DNA from: Malacoraja senta
Taxonomy: Eukaryota
Assembly (NCBI GenBank): GCA_038087875.1
Contig: CM075989.1
Coordinates: forward strand, 20,152,001-20,212,000
Direction of reading: 5' to 3'
DNA length: 60,000 bases
The position numbers were made by a program, and so were the translations under genes. Below the pieces are notes generated by a model. It did not search any database. It was not told the origin of the DNA and was given only the letters and a program-made list of their open reading frames with translations. Each line of letters opens with the position of its first letter. The first letter of the stretch is position 1. Positions 1 through 11,561 of this stretch are shown here, in pieces.

Positions 1-162
1 GTTAATGGTCATGGGAGAGCCCGGGTGTCCAGTAAACATCTTTACGGAGGAATTTGAATACTCTGGTATCCACTTTGGTGCGGTTAAGTGTGGGAAGCAG
101 TAAATGGCAAGGGCTTCTCCAAAACATAATGAGAAGACAATAAGTGGAACTCAATCCTAGAA

Positions 163-394
163 GATAGACACAACATGCTAGAGTAACTCAGCAGGACAGG
201 CAGCATCCCTGGAGAGAAGAAATGGGTGACATTTCGGGTAGAGACCCTTCTTCACACTTTACCCCTCCATATCTCTAGACTCCCTTTCCCCTGACTCTCA
301 GTCTGAAGAAGGGTCTCGACCCAAAACATCACCCATTCCTTCTCTCCAGAGATGCTGCCTGTCCCGCTGAGTTACTCCAGCATTTTGTGTTCTA
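163..394. mobile_element. Penelope-derived fold-back element with TSD
   Basis: Inverted arms ~165-255 and ~300-392; TSD AATCCTAGAA at 153-162 and 395-404. Confidence 0.8.
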
Positions 395-919
395 AATCCT
401 AGAAAATTTAGCCCAAATCTAGGCACAATGCTGCAGGAAGATTAATGATCTCTTTCTTGCTTGTGGGCAAGGTCATTAAATACATGTTCAAATGCTGTAT
501 CTTACCGACTGCATTACGGGCCTCGGATATTGCCTAATTCACCACATCCTTACTTTCCATCTACCAAAATCTCTATCAACCAGAGTTCAAGTGCAACATA
601 AATTTCATATGCTTCATATTGCCCTCAGAAACAAAATGGTTGAAACAAAAATACTCATGCCAATGTTTCACTGACAACTATCAGTCACGACAAATACATT
701 ATTAAAATATTGTGAAAACAAATGCTGACTTCTGACTACTATTGTAATATATTTGAATTTCTTTCCACAAAACGTATCGGTGACTGTTCAATTGTGAGTC
801 TAATGAAAAATATGAACATGTAAACAGATAAAGATCACATAACCCATCAAGCCTGTCCCATCCAGACATGGTGTGCACATTGTGCACCATCTCAATGCTC
901 TTAAATCATTGAGAGATGC

Positions 920-1083
920 CGGGGTCAAGGAAAGAGCGTTCACGTTGCGGCCCTGTTTCCACCAATCTTTCCAACACCACGCACAAGAAGCGCAAGACAG
1001 ACTCCATTGTGCAGATGCCGAGAAGTGTGTTCAGCTCTGGCTGAACAACTTCTAATCTTGTATGTGGACTCGATAAGAAGAAG
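920..1083 (+). mobile_element. Short non-autonomous Vingi/Ingi-like retroelement with 5' ribozyme and (GAA)n tail
   Basis: TSD ATTGAGAGA(T/A)GC at 908-919 and 1084-1095; AAGAAGAAG tail. 3' part reads LHCADAEKCVQLWLNNF*, loosely resembling the LINE C-termini at 11565 and 22341. Confidence 0.75.
921..972 (+). ncRNA. Minimal HDV-like (CPEB3-type) self-cleaving ribozyme
   Basis: P1 GGGGTC/GGCCCT, J1/2 AA, P2 GGAAAGA/TCTTTCC, P3 GCG/TGC, L3 TTCACGT, J1/4 GT, P4 replaced by TTCCA, J4/2 CCAA. G-U wobble at the first pair. Confidence 0.8.
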
Positions 1084-2249
1084 ATTGAGAGAAGCAAAAA
1101 TAAAAGAGAAAATTATTTTGATCATTTCAAAAAAAACCTCAAGAAATATTTATCTTCAGTTGAATGTTTTAACTCCTACTGTATTACATTTAGAAATCCC
1201 CTTGACTCTCAGGGACTGTTTGCAGTCCTTTTTTTTAAAAAGATTGCAGTGAATCCTTACAAAAATATTTTCTTCAGGTATGAAATCATACCGTTTCTTT
1301 CAAACTGATAAGTGTTTTGCCTTTTTTGCATCTTGCATAGACAATGAATTAATATAAAGCTTAGAAATTATTATCTGTACAGTTTGCCTGTAATTTTCCA
1401 ACACTTTTGAAAAGGCAAATGATTCATTTAATAAATAAGTTTCTGTTCCATTCGAGAATGATGTTTTAGGTACAGAATTAATTAATGGCAAAAAATGACA
1501 TTTTTGATAAAAATTAAGAGGATGTGTGCATCATACGAGTTCCAATTCTATTGCACCTCGAAATCCTGCTAAAAATTGGAGTTACAAGAAACTGCGGACG
1601 CTGGAATCTTGAGCAGGTGCACATGGAAACTATCTGTTTCAACATCCTGCCAAAGTAAACAGTAAGTGCTGGGGTAACTCATTGTGTCAGGCAGCATCTC
1701 TGACGACATGGATAGGCCTCCAGAGATGCCCTCCTGAGATTCCAATCAATGTCCCCCTGAGATGCTGCCTGACCTGTTGAGTTACTCAAAGACTTTGTGT
1801 TTTGCTCAAGATTTCAGCGTCTGTAGTTCTTTGTTTCCCTAAAGTAAACACTAGTTGGGTTTCAATACATATCACCCTTATTCATCAATATTGGATCAAA
1901 TTTGTAAAAAATGCCTTCCCAACAACCTTGTTGGAGTTTTTCTCTTTAATGTCTGTAGACTCTGCACTACTCTCAGGATCAGTTGGATGAACTGTAAAGA
2001 TGGTAAAAATCAGTAAAGTTTCAGATTCCGTGCTAAGAGAGACATAGCGTGACTTGGCACCAGAGCAACACATTCATATGGATGGTGTTTACAACATCGT
2101 TATATGTACAGACTGAATAAAAAGCGAGTTGTGATGGCCAGATAGCATCACTTGGACTGGCCAACCTGACCCACATCTCACCCTCTATCCTGTGGATTTC
2201 TGGAAGAGATGAGAAATTGGCTCGAAACTCAAACCAAGTAATGTCAAGT

Positions 2250-2815
2250 AACGAAGATGTGGAGAGGATGTTTCCACTGGTGGGAGAGTCCAGGACCAGA
2301 GGTCATAGCCTCAGAATTATAGGGCACTCTTTTAGAAAGGTGAGGAGGAACTTCTTTAGTCAGAGGGTAGTTAATCTGTGGAACTTATTGCAACAGAGAG
2401 CTGTGGAGGCCAGAGAAAAACAAATTGATACCTTTATAGCCTTTGATACCATATACCATCAGTTCCTCATGGATCGTCTGGCTAGCATTGGGGTCTGTGG
2501 CACTGTGTATCAGTGGTTTGCCTCCTACCTTGCAGATAGGACACATTTTATCCAGATTCAGAATTACCGGTCAGAAAGTTTTGTTGCTTATTGTCTGTTT
2601 ATTACTGATATTATGTGATGTAAGGTGACCTTGAGTGTCTTGAAAGGCGCCATTAAATAAAATGTATTATTATTAAATTCTTGATTCGAACGGGTGTCAA
2701 GGGTTATGGGGAGAAGGCAGGAAAATGGGATTAGGAGGCAGAGATCAGCCACGATTGAATGGCGGAGTAGATGGCTGAATGGCCTAATTCTACTCCGATA
2801 ACTTGTGAACTTCTG
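2250..2815 (+). mobile_element. CR1 LINE 3' fragment interrupted by an L2 insertion
   Basis: EDVERMFPLVGESRTRGHSL...NLWN; the CR1 3' UTR resumes at ~2677. Confidence 0.85.
2430..2676 (+). mobile_element. L2-clade LINE fragment (RT piece fused to 3' tail)
   Basis: AFDTIYHQFLMDRLASIGVCGTVYQWFASYLADR followed by TGTAAGGTGACCTTGAGTGTCTTGAAAGGCGCCATTAAATAAAATGTATTATTATT. Confidence 0.75.
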
Positions 2816-5618
2816 AATGTCACCCAATGTTCAGATACGGATGAGATAAATCGATTAGCAGCTAAATTCATCCCAGTTTATTATAATTATGAGTCTAGTT
2901 ACAAGATCATTTGGAAATATTTCATCAATTTCATATATGTAGCATCCATTTTAACAACTTTATAAAATAGTATGCAGAGATATTAGTAACATATGCCTTA
3001 GGTTGTTGCACATTATTTCAGTGGTCGCCATGTATCACGTTAATTTTTTCTCCTAAAAAGTTGTTTTTAAAAAGAAAACTAAAACCGTGCACTTATTATT
3101 GTCATCTCACAGGTGTTTCACCTTGTCTGATAATAAAAGTAGCATATTGCAGTGCATGCAACCATCTGCTGCAAGAGTGAATTTCAGATTCCGTGCTAAG
3201 AGAGACCTAGCGTGACTTGGCACTGCTGGAACACATTCATTTGGATGGTATTTATAACAGGTAACTTGAAAGTTTGAACTCCTCTGCTTGGCTTTATCTC
3301 TGGTGCTTCATTTTGATCCAGATGTGAGCTGCATTATCAAATACAAGGTCTAATTTCACCTATAATTCCATCTGTTCGGCAGTCTGCCAACTGCTCTGCT
3401 ATATATTTGCTTTTGATAGGGTGCAATGTTACACTGAAAGCCTTTATTGTGGGTTTCTCCTTAGATGTGCTAATATACAGTCTAGAAAGTTGTTATGTCA
3501 CTCAGTCAGCTGAATGGCAATGAATAAGGCAACTCCAATATTCTCATACTTGGGAGGGAGTAAGAGATTTTTTGTATGCAGAATAAGTATACAAATCATA
3601 TTTTATTACTCATTGCCTTGGACATAAATAACCAAAAATTACTATTAAAATTGTTATCACAATGACATAATTTGCTAAATTCATATAAATATGCACATAT
3701 AAAGAAAAGAGAAACAATGAATTTGCAGATGCTGGTTTGCCAAGAAAAAAAGACAAAGTGTTGGAGTAACTCAGTGGGCCAAGCAGCATCTCTGGAGAAT
3801 ATAGATAGGTGAAATTCTGAGAAGGGTTTGAAGAAGGGTCCTAACCTGAAATGTTCTCCAGATATGTCTCCTGGCCTTCATAGTTACTGCAGCATTTTTT
3901 TAAAAACATATTATAACTTAGGGTTTGCCAGAAATGCCTAGAATAATTGCCATTGTAAGTTCCAACAAGTGTCATAGTAAATCTTCATGCACCAGGAGAA
4001 TATATAAACAAGATTTTGATTAAGGTACACCATTTGATTACATACTTGTATTCCAACTCCCCCAATAAATTAATTTGAGTTTTGTATTCCAAATTAGGTT
4101 TTTAAACATATAATTAAAATAACTAGCATTTCTTGCTGAACAACGCTGACACCAATGTATAGTGAACAATGCTGGCTACTCCCTCAATTTCCCCAGGAGT
4201 TGGCATGCAGTGATGATACTGTTGCCGATTATTAGGGAAACCCACCCAGCCCCGGCAAGAATTTGACTTGAAGATGTTCACAGTTACAGGCTTCATGGGC
4301 ATGTCCTTCTTTCCTTTAGGAAAGATTAGGGTACGAGAATTGCTACTGCGCAGCATTGCATTTTTTTGCATTCAATAGACTTCTATCAAAACCTCAATGG
4401 ATATACGTAACAAGTAGTATGCCATTAACATGCACGGAGAAATTCATTTAACTTACCTACACATCAAATAAACTGTCATTTTCCAGCCTATAACCTCCAG
4501 ATATTTATCAGAATGAGTGGAGGAAGTCAGTGAGCTGTGAATTCTAGTGGGGGCCAAGTATATATAGGTTGGATCCGGAACAAATTTCTGCCCTTAAGTA
4601 TTGGACAAATATAAGACAATTTTACAAATAAAATGCACACATGCGATTCCATTATTCCATTCAATAGATTTTCTACACAAGTATATCACCAAACAGTTGC
4701 CTCCACATCCAAACAAGACTGCATTCAATGCACTGAAATTGTTCTACCTGGCTAATGGAATCGGGGAGATATAGCATGGATGTAGGGCCCACTGTCCATG
4801 CTCATACCCACAGTCCATGCTCATATCAATACTCTTTTCTTGAACTGTCTTAAATTCCTAATCCTACTTTTAAACCAATTTATTTTCCTTATATTCACAT
4901 ACTCCCATCCTTCACTTCCAAGTTCTGCCATGCCAATATGTCTTTAACTCATTTTCTACATGTTGTTGGCAAGGCCAGCATTTGTTGCTACCCCGAAACA
5001 CCCTGAGAAGTGGTGGTGAGTCACCTTGAACTATGCGATCTTTCCAGTGAAGGTACCAAACCATTGCTATTTCCAACTCAATATATTGTGCAAGTTTGAG
5101 AGGAATCTGCATGCGCTTGTTACCCGTACCTATATCAATGGATATGAAGGCTTTGAGATGCTTTTGGAGCAGCCAAGGCAAATAACAGGAGTACATTTGT
5201 AAACGATACTCACAGAAACCAATATGTGACAGTGGTGGAGTTGTGAATATTCTGGGCGATTGATGGGATGTGCCAATCAGCTGAGCTGGTTTATCCTGGA
5301 TGGTTTGAAGCTTCTTGTGAGACGAAGTGCTGCCAGTCACAGAATCAGACAGCATGGAAACAGGCCCTTTGGCCCCACTCATCCCTGCTGACCAGGATGC
5401 CCCATTTAAGCTAGTCCCATTTGCCCGCATTTGGCATCCTACTGTTGTGAAGAGCGCATTGATTGAGGGAAAGTGAGAACAAAAACCCTAAGGCAGTTGA
5501 AATTAAGTAAACATAAGCATTAAAATATGAAAGAGTCGATTCAAAGTTCTCTACCCTGTGTAAAAATAATTTATTATCTGTCCCTTCAAAGTGTTCACCT
5601 TGTTCTCGAAAAGGCAGA

Positions 5619-6265
5619 AGGGCCTGTCCCACTTAGGCGATTTTTTCGGTGACTGCCGGCGACTGTTACAGTCGTAGCAGGTCGCCGAAAAAGCGGCGAC
5701 TGGACCCTCCCCTCCGTCAATGTCTACGACAAGCTACGACAACCTACCACCTAGTCGACGTCAAGCTACCAACAACCGGCGACTCATTAGGACATCCACC
5801 TATGACCACACCTACGACAACCTATCACCACACAGGCGACAACCAAAGTCAACCGACATCCATCCGCGACAAGCTACGATAAGCAACGACACTGTCGGCG
5901 ACAACTGAATACAATTCAGTTGCCGGTACCTGTCGCCGGTTGACGTAGGTTGACATAGGTAGTCGCAAATGGAATTCACCAAGGTCAGCACCCGGCGACA
6001 ACCAACAACACCTGGCAACAACCTGCCTCGTCCTGGCGACAACCGGCGAACGCACCTACGATAGGAGAAAATAAGCTGCGACAAGCCCACAGTCGCCGAA
6101 AAGTTTTGAACATTTCAAAATCCAGCGGCGACCAGAAAAACGTTACGACTCTTTAGGCGACTTGAGGAGACTACTCACGTCCATACAGGCGTCACCCCGC
6201 GACCATGTGGCGACAGCCTAATCGCCTGTAGTCACCGAAAAAATCACCTAAGTGGGACAGGGGCT
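5619..6265. mobile_element. Non-autonomous DNA transposon (MITE), PIF/Harbinger-like
   Basis: ~45-bp TIRs AG(GG/CC)CCTGTCCCACTTAGG(C/T)GATTTTTTCGGTGACT...; 3-bp TSD AGA (5616-5618, 6266-6268). CpG-rich interior with many GGCGAC/GTCGCC motifs; no transposase ORF. Confidence 0.85.
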
Positions 6266-6837
6266 AGAGTCTCTTTATTTTCCTCTGTCAAATAAACAAA
6301 GGAGTTCACATAACACATACTCATTGGCATGAATATTTTTTCCTGGATTTAGGTATTGTTGATCACTTTGGCCTTAAATGTTGTTAACGGGATCATAGCT
6401 GCAGCCTTTACTTCTGTCTAGGATTTAAAGGATCAGCAACTCTACTGTACTGTTTCAGATGCAGATGCAGCCTCAATTTTTTCTTGCCTTCGCAGCATGA
6501 CAATCTTGTCAAAATTAATATAATTGCAATGGAATTTTAATTTATTGTGCACAGAATAATTTTATGTAAACACAATATACTGTTCATAGTACAAACATCA
6601 GTTCACCATTGGTGAAACAAGGCCTTATATTTCTTATGACATCTAGTAAGCTTTGAACTCAGATGTTCATGTGCGTGTTTTCAGCCCTGCTGGAACACAT
6701 TAAGGTTAGTTTAGATTATGTGCAGCCTGTAAAGTTGGGGATTCCTTGGCAATAACAATCATCTTTGAAAGGTCTCCAGTGCGGTACATAGTTAAGAATC
6801 CTGAATATGCATTTGAATCAGAGAGAGAAGCTTGAGG

Positions 6838-6865
6838 CTGAAGAAGGGTCTCGACCCGAAACGTC
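6838..6865 (+). ncRNA. Minimal type I hammerhead ribozyme core in Penelope pLTR
   Basis: CTGAAGA-A-GGGTC-TC-GACCC-GAAA-CG-TC: CUGANGA, stem II, GAAA, palindromic ACGT helix III, GUC triplet. An identical core lies at 35096-35123. Confidence 0.6.
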
Positions 6866-7516
6866 ACCCATTCCTTCTCTCCAGAGATGCTGCCTGTCCC
6901 GCTGAGTTATTCCAGCATTTCGTGTCTATGTTCGATTTAAACCAGCATCTGCAGTTCTTTCCTACACTTTGCAGCTGATGATATTCAGGCAAACACAAGA
7001 AAATGCGGTAGCCTGGTTATTCAGCTGAATTCGTAGAGTGACAAGCATCCTATTCATATGTCCAGCAAATATGTAAGCTGCAGGTATTCCAAGTGAGAGG
7101 GACCCACTGGACACATTCATATGAGTTCATGAACTATATTTTTGGTACCAGTCTCAAATTGGTAGGATAAATTCTGTAAATAGGGCTTTAAACATACAAC
7201 AGTGGGGAAGGCTCCAAGATTGGGATGTTTAATAAATTAAGAGAAAATGGGAGAGGATGCTGGGATGGGATAGTGGGGAGCGATTGACAAATGTGTGACA
7301 GATGGTGGCAGCAAATGAAGACAAGAATGCAGCACAGATCAAATCCAGAGGTAGTAAAAACTCAAAGCTCAAAAAATAATCAAAGCTTTACTGTGTTTAT
7401 TTGAATGCACGTAACGTTAGAAGTTAAGTACTTGTATTGACAGCACAGATAACAACGTAGGAGTTTGATCTAATAGCTATTATGTAGATGTGGTTGCAGA
7501 GTGACCAGAACTGAGT

Positions 7517-7705
7517 ATAGACACAAAAAGCTGGAGTAACTCAATGAGACTGGCAGCATCTCTGGAGAGAAGGAATGGGTGGTTTCTTCAAATCCATAAC
7601 ATCACCCATTCCTTCTCTCCAGGAATGCTGCCTGTCCCGCTGAGTTACTCCAGCTTTTGGTGTCTATCTTCAGTTTAAACAGCATCTGCAGTTCCTTCCT
7701 ACATA
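7517..7705. mobile_element. Penelope-derived fold-back element with TSD
   Basis: Inverted arms; TSD TGACCAGAA(C/T)TGAGT at 7502-7516 and 7706-7720. Confidence 0.8.
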
Positions 7706-8210
7706 TGACCAGAATTGAGTTCTCTATATTCCAGATTATACAATGCACCAAAACAAAATGCCAGAAGGGAAAGTAAGTGGTGCAGCCTTGTTAATCAAGG
7801 AGAGTAACAAAGGGGTGTTGTGCCATGAAATAGTAATTGTGTTGAAATCATGAAAAGAATTACAAAATGTGATCTCTCAATAGGGTGGGTGCATAAATAC
7901 CAAGTGAATTGCAGTTGTCATGGAGGATTTCATTCAACATGTGTGGATGAACCAACAGGGTATTGTTGAAGATGAATTTGTGGAGTGCATCGGGAATTGC
8001 TTCTTAGAACCTACCCAGGAACAGACTATTTTAGATTTGGTCATGAGTAATGTGGAATGATTAATAATAGATCTTGTGGTTAAAGATTCCCGGGGAGGAA
8101 GTGACCACAATATGATAGAATTTCAGGTGCAGTTTAAGGATGACCAGCACACGACCACAGCTTCTGTGTTCAACATAAATTATGGCAGTTATAATGGTAC
8201 AAAGGTGGAT

Positions 8211-8510
8211 TTTAGTTTGGTTTAACGATACAGTGTGGAACCAGGCCCTTCGGCCCACCGAGTTCACCCCAACCAGCGAACACCGCACACTTACACTATC
8301 CTACACACAATTTTACAATGACACCAAGCCAATTAACCGACAAATCTGTAAGTCTTTGGAGTGTGTGAGGAAACCGGAGATCCCGGAGAAAACCCATGGT
8401 TGTACATTCACAGGGAGAAAGTACAAACTCCGTACAGACAAGCACCAGTAGTCGGGATCGAACCGGGGTCTCTGGCGTTGATAAGGCAGCAACTCTACCA
8501 CTGTGCCACT
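8211..8510 (-). mobile_element. tRNA-derived V-SINE (HE1-like)
   Basis: Minus strand GTGGCACAGTGGTAGAGTTGCTGCC...GGTTCGATCC...GGAGTTTGTAC...GGGCCGAAGGGCCTG. Confidence 0.88.
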
Positions 8511-8969
8511 GGGGAAATAGGCTAAGTTTACAGTTCAGTGGATGAATAGAGGCCGATAGTCAAACAGCCCTTGAGCTCGGCAGGAATTAACCCAATGAGA
8601 GAGATTCCTTGAGAAAGAGACAAAATCTGTGGGTAACAAAGGAGGTCAAGGATAATGTTAAATTGGGAAGTGGGGCATACAATGTGGGAAGAGCTAGGAG
8701 GTAGACCAGAGGGTTGGGAAGTTTAGGATCCATTGGCAAAAGACTAAAAAGCTTATGAGAAGGGAGAAAATTATTTTGAGGGAAAACTTGCATGTGATAT
8801 CAAAACCACCAGCAACGAGTTTCAATAGCAATGTAAATAGAAATTTACGTGGATTTCTATTTAATAGAAATGTAATTTTTAATATTGAATAAAAATGTAA
8901 ATTGTATCTAAAGTTTGGGCCTGAGATCTTTAGATCGTGAAGTAATAACAGACAATGACAAAATAACAT

Positions 8970-9323
8970 TTGGACACGCTAGAGGCAGGAAACATGTTCC
9001 CGATGTTGGGGGAGTCCAGAACCAGGGGCCACAGTTTAAGAATAAGAGGTAGACCATTTAGAACAGAGATGTGGAAAAACTTTTTTGCCCAGGGAGTTGT
9101 GAATCTGTGGAACTCTCTGCCTCAGAAGGCAGTGGGGGCAAATTCTCTGGATGCTTTCAATTGAGAGTTAGATAGAGCTCTTAATGATAATGGAGTAAGG
9201 GGATATGGTGAGAAGGCAGGAACGGGGTACTGATTGTGGATGATCAGCCATGATCACAGTGAATGATGGTGTCGGTTCGAAGGGCCAAATGGCCTACTCC
9301 TGCACCTATTATCTATTGTCTAT
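8970..9323 (+). mobile_element. CR1 LINE 3' fragment
   Basis: ESRTRGHSLRIRGRPF...VVNLWNSLPQ, then 3' UTR and (CTATTGT)n-like tail. Confidence 0.9.
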
Positions 9324-10089
9324 TTCCCAAATCATTTTTTTTTTAATGAGACTTCACGGTGCAATAAAACAGATGAAAACATTACAGATAACAGGGAGGA
9401 ACTTGTAAAAACTCCAATCACAAGAGATAAATTAGTGGAGAAACTAATGGGCCTAATGATGGACAATCATCAGAGCCCGATGGCACTCACCCAAGGCTTC
9501 TGAAGGAAGTTGCTGCCGATATTGTGGACGCACTGGTTGGAATTTTTCAGAACTCACAAAACTCAGGAAGGGTACCAGATGATTGGAAAACAGCCAATGT
9601 GACTTGCTTGTTCATAAAGGGAGGCAGACAGAGGTGGGGAACTACAAGCCAGTTAGTTTTACATCCAGTGCTGGCAGGATGCTAGAGTCAATAATCAAAG
9701 AGGAAATAACTAATCATTTTGGAAAGCTGAATATACCTAGACAATGTCGCTTTATGAAAGGTAAATCATGTTTGACAAATTTGATTACATTCTTTGAGGA
9801 TGTGACGCGAGAGTTAAGAGAGGAAATTTGGATTTCCAAAATGCATTTGACAAATTGCCAGTTAGAGACTGGTGCATAACTTAAGATCCCAAGGTACTTT
9901 AGGAGGTGTGTTAACATGGATTAAAAACTGGCTGTAAAATAGAAAACAAAGAGTTGGAATAAATGGGTCCTTTTCAGACTGAGAGAATGTAATTGGTAGA
10001 GTACCTCACTGCGAACATTAATAAAATGAGGGAGGGAACAAAATGTACGGTTTCCAAGTTTGTCATTGATATAAAAATGAGAAGAAGGG

Positions 10090-10272
10090 TATACAAAAAT
10101 GCTGGAGAAACTCAGCGGGTGCAGCAGCATCTATGGAGCAAAGGAAATAGGCAACGTTTCGGTCCGAAACGTTGCCTATTTCCTTCGCTCCATAGATGCT
10201 GCTGCACCCGCTGAGTTTCTCCAGCATTTTTGTGTACCTTCGATTTTCCAGCATCTGCAGTTCCTTCTTAAA
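10090..10272. mobile_element. Penelope-derived fold-back element (second subfamily)
   Basis: Near-perfect palindrome centred on GCAACGTTTCGG-T-CCGAAACGTTGC; flanked by GA(A/C)GAAGGGTAT. Confidence 0.8.
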
Positions 10273-11561
10273 TAAGACGAAGGGTATATTGTGATGAGGA
10301 TATTGTGAACTCACAACATGATATGAAAATGCAGCAAATTGAGTTTAACGTGGGGAATTGTGAAGTTATGCAAGGAAAGACACAAAATTCTGGAGTAACC
10401 CAACGGGTTTGGCAGCATCCATGAAGAATATGGATAGGTGATGTTTCGGGTCATAGCCCTTATTCAGTTCTGTAAGGGTATGCACTCCACTAAGAGGAAT
10501 ACAATGGCCAATTATTATCTAAATGGAGAGAGACTGCAAAGGAGTGAAGTTCAAAGGCATCTAGGATTTCCAGTGCATGATTCTTAGAAAGTTAGCAGAC
10601 AGGTGGAGTGGGCCGGTTGGCCCTGTCTCCATGCTGTATCTTTCAGTCAATCAATAGACCCAACTTCGTGAACTTTGAAATGATTAAACTGAGGGCACAT
10701 GATTTGACTCAAACAGCCACCGGCTCGAGACACCCTTTTCACATACTTTGTAGATTTATGGATTGGATCAGTGCCCAGTGAGTCACCAGATATGAGAAGC
10801 CAACCTGATCCAGATGCAAACTTACCATTAGTTTAGTTGCAATGGACTTGAATAAAGAGTTTAATTGGAAGAAGGCAGTAGGTGTGCACAATGAAATTGC
10901 TGAATTGGCAAGCCTGCATTGGTAAGCATGGAGGAATCAGCACTAACCTTGCGCAGGGCTTTGCATAGTGAATTGAGCTGAACTATCATGATGAAAAGAA
11001 ATATTAAGCTTCTCAGGCACCACCAGAGACATAGAATACTAGGGTCTGATGCGACACAACGAATGTGTTAGTTCAGGTTGAGTCAAGTGGCAAAAAAATC
11101 TGGACTCGGGGATATGGGGAGAAGGCAGGCACGGGTTACTGATTGTGGATGATCAGCCATAATCACAATGAATGGCGGTGCAGGCTCGAAGGGCCAAATG
11201 GCCTCCTCCTGCACCTATATTTTTATGTTTCTATGTTCCTAGTTGGGCATAAATAAAGGCACTAAAGCTCAATAATGTATGTAGATACTGACCACTGAAC
11301 TGGAGTTCACCAGGATCTGCTTACGTTTGTTTGTTGGGTATCAAAACAAAAACTTTGGGCACTAATTCGGATCGGTTTGGATTGCATAGAGTTAGTTGGG
11401 GTTTAACCCTGATTTTTAATTTGTATACGAGTAGATCTCTATCTATAATCTCTGTTAATAACAACAGTTAAAAGATATTTGGACAGGTAGATGAATAGGA
11501 ATGGTTTAGAGGGATATGAGGCAAATGTAAGCAAATGGGTCGGTCAATCTTAGATGGGGCA

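Larger units (their letters stand above)
7385..10605 (+). mobile_element. Old degraded near-complete CR1 ORF2 (APE endonuclease + RT) with nested insertions
   Basis: Collinear broken motifs: YLNAR (~7398), SDHNMIEF (~8100), PDGTHPRLLKE (~9476), DWKTANVT (~9580), NYKPVS, FMKGKSCLTNL (~9751). Many stops and frameshifts. Confidence 0.85.

Noticed and set aside
10090..10240. pre-miRNA-like long hairpin
   Set aside because: The arms are copies of the multi-copy Penelope terminal unit; no recognisable miRNA.
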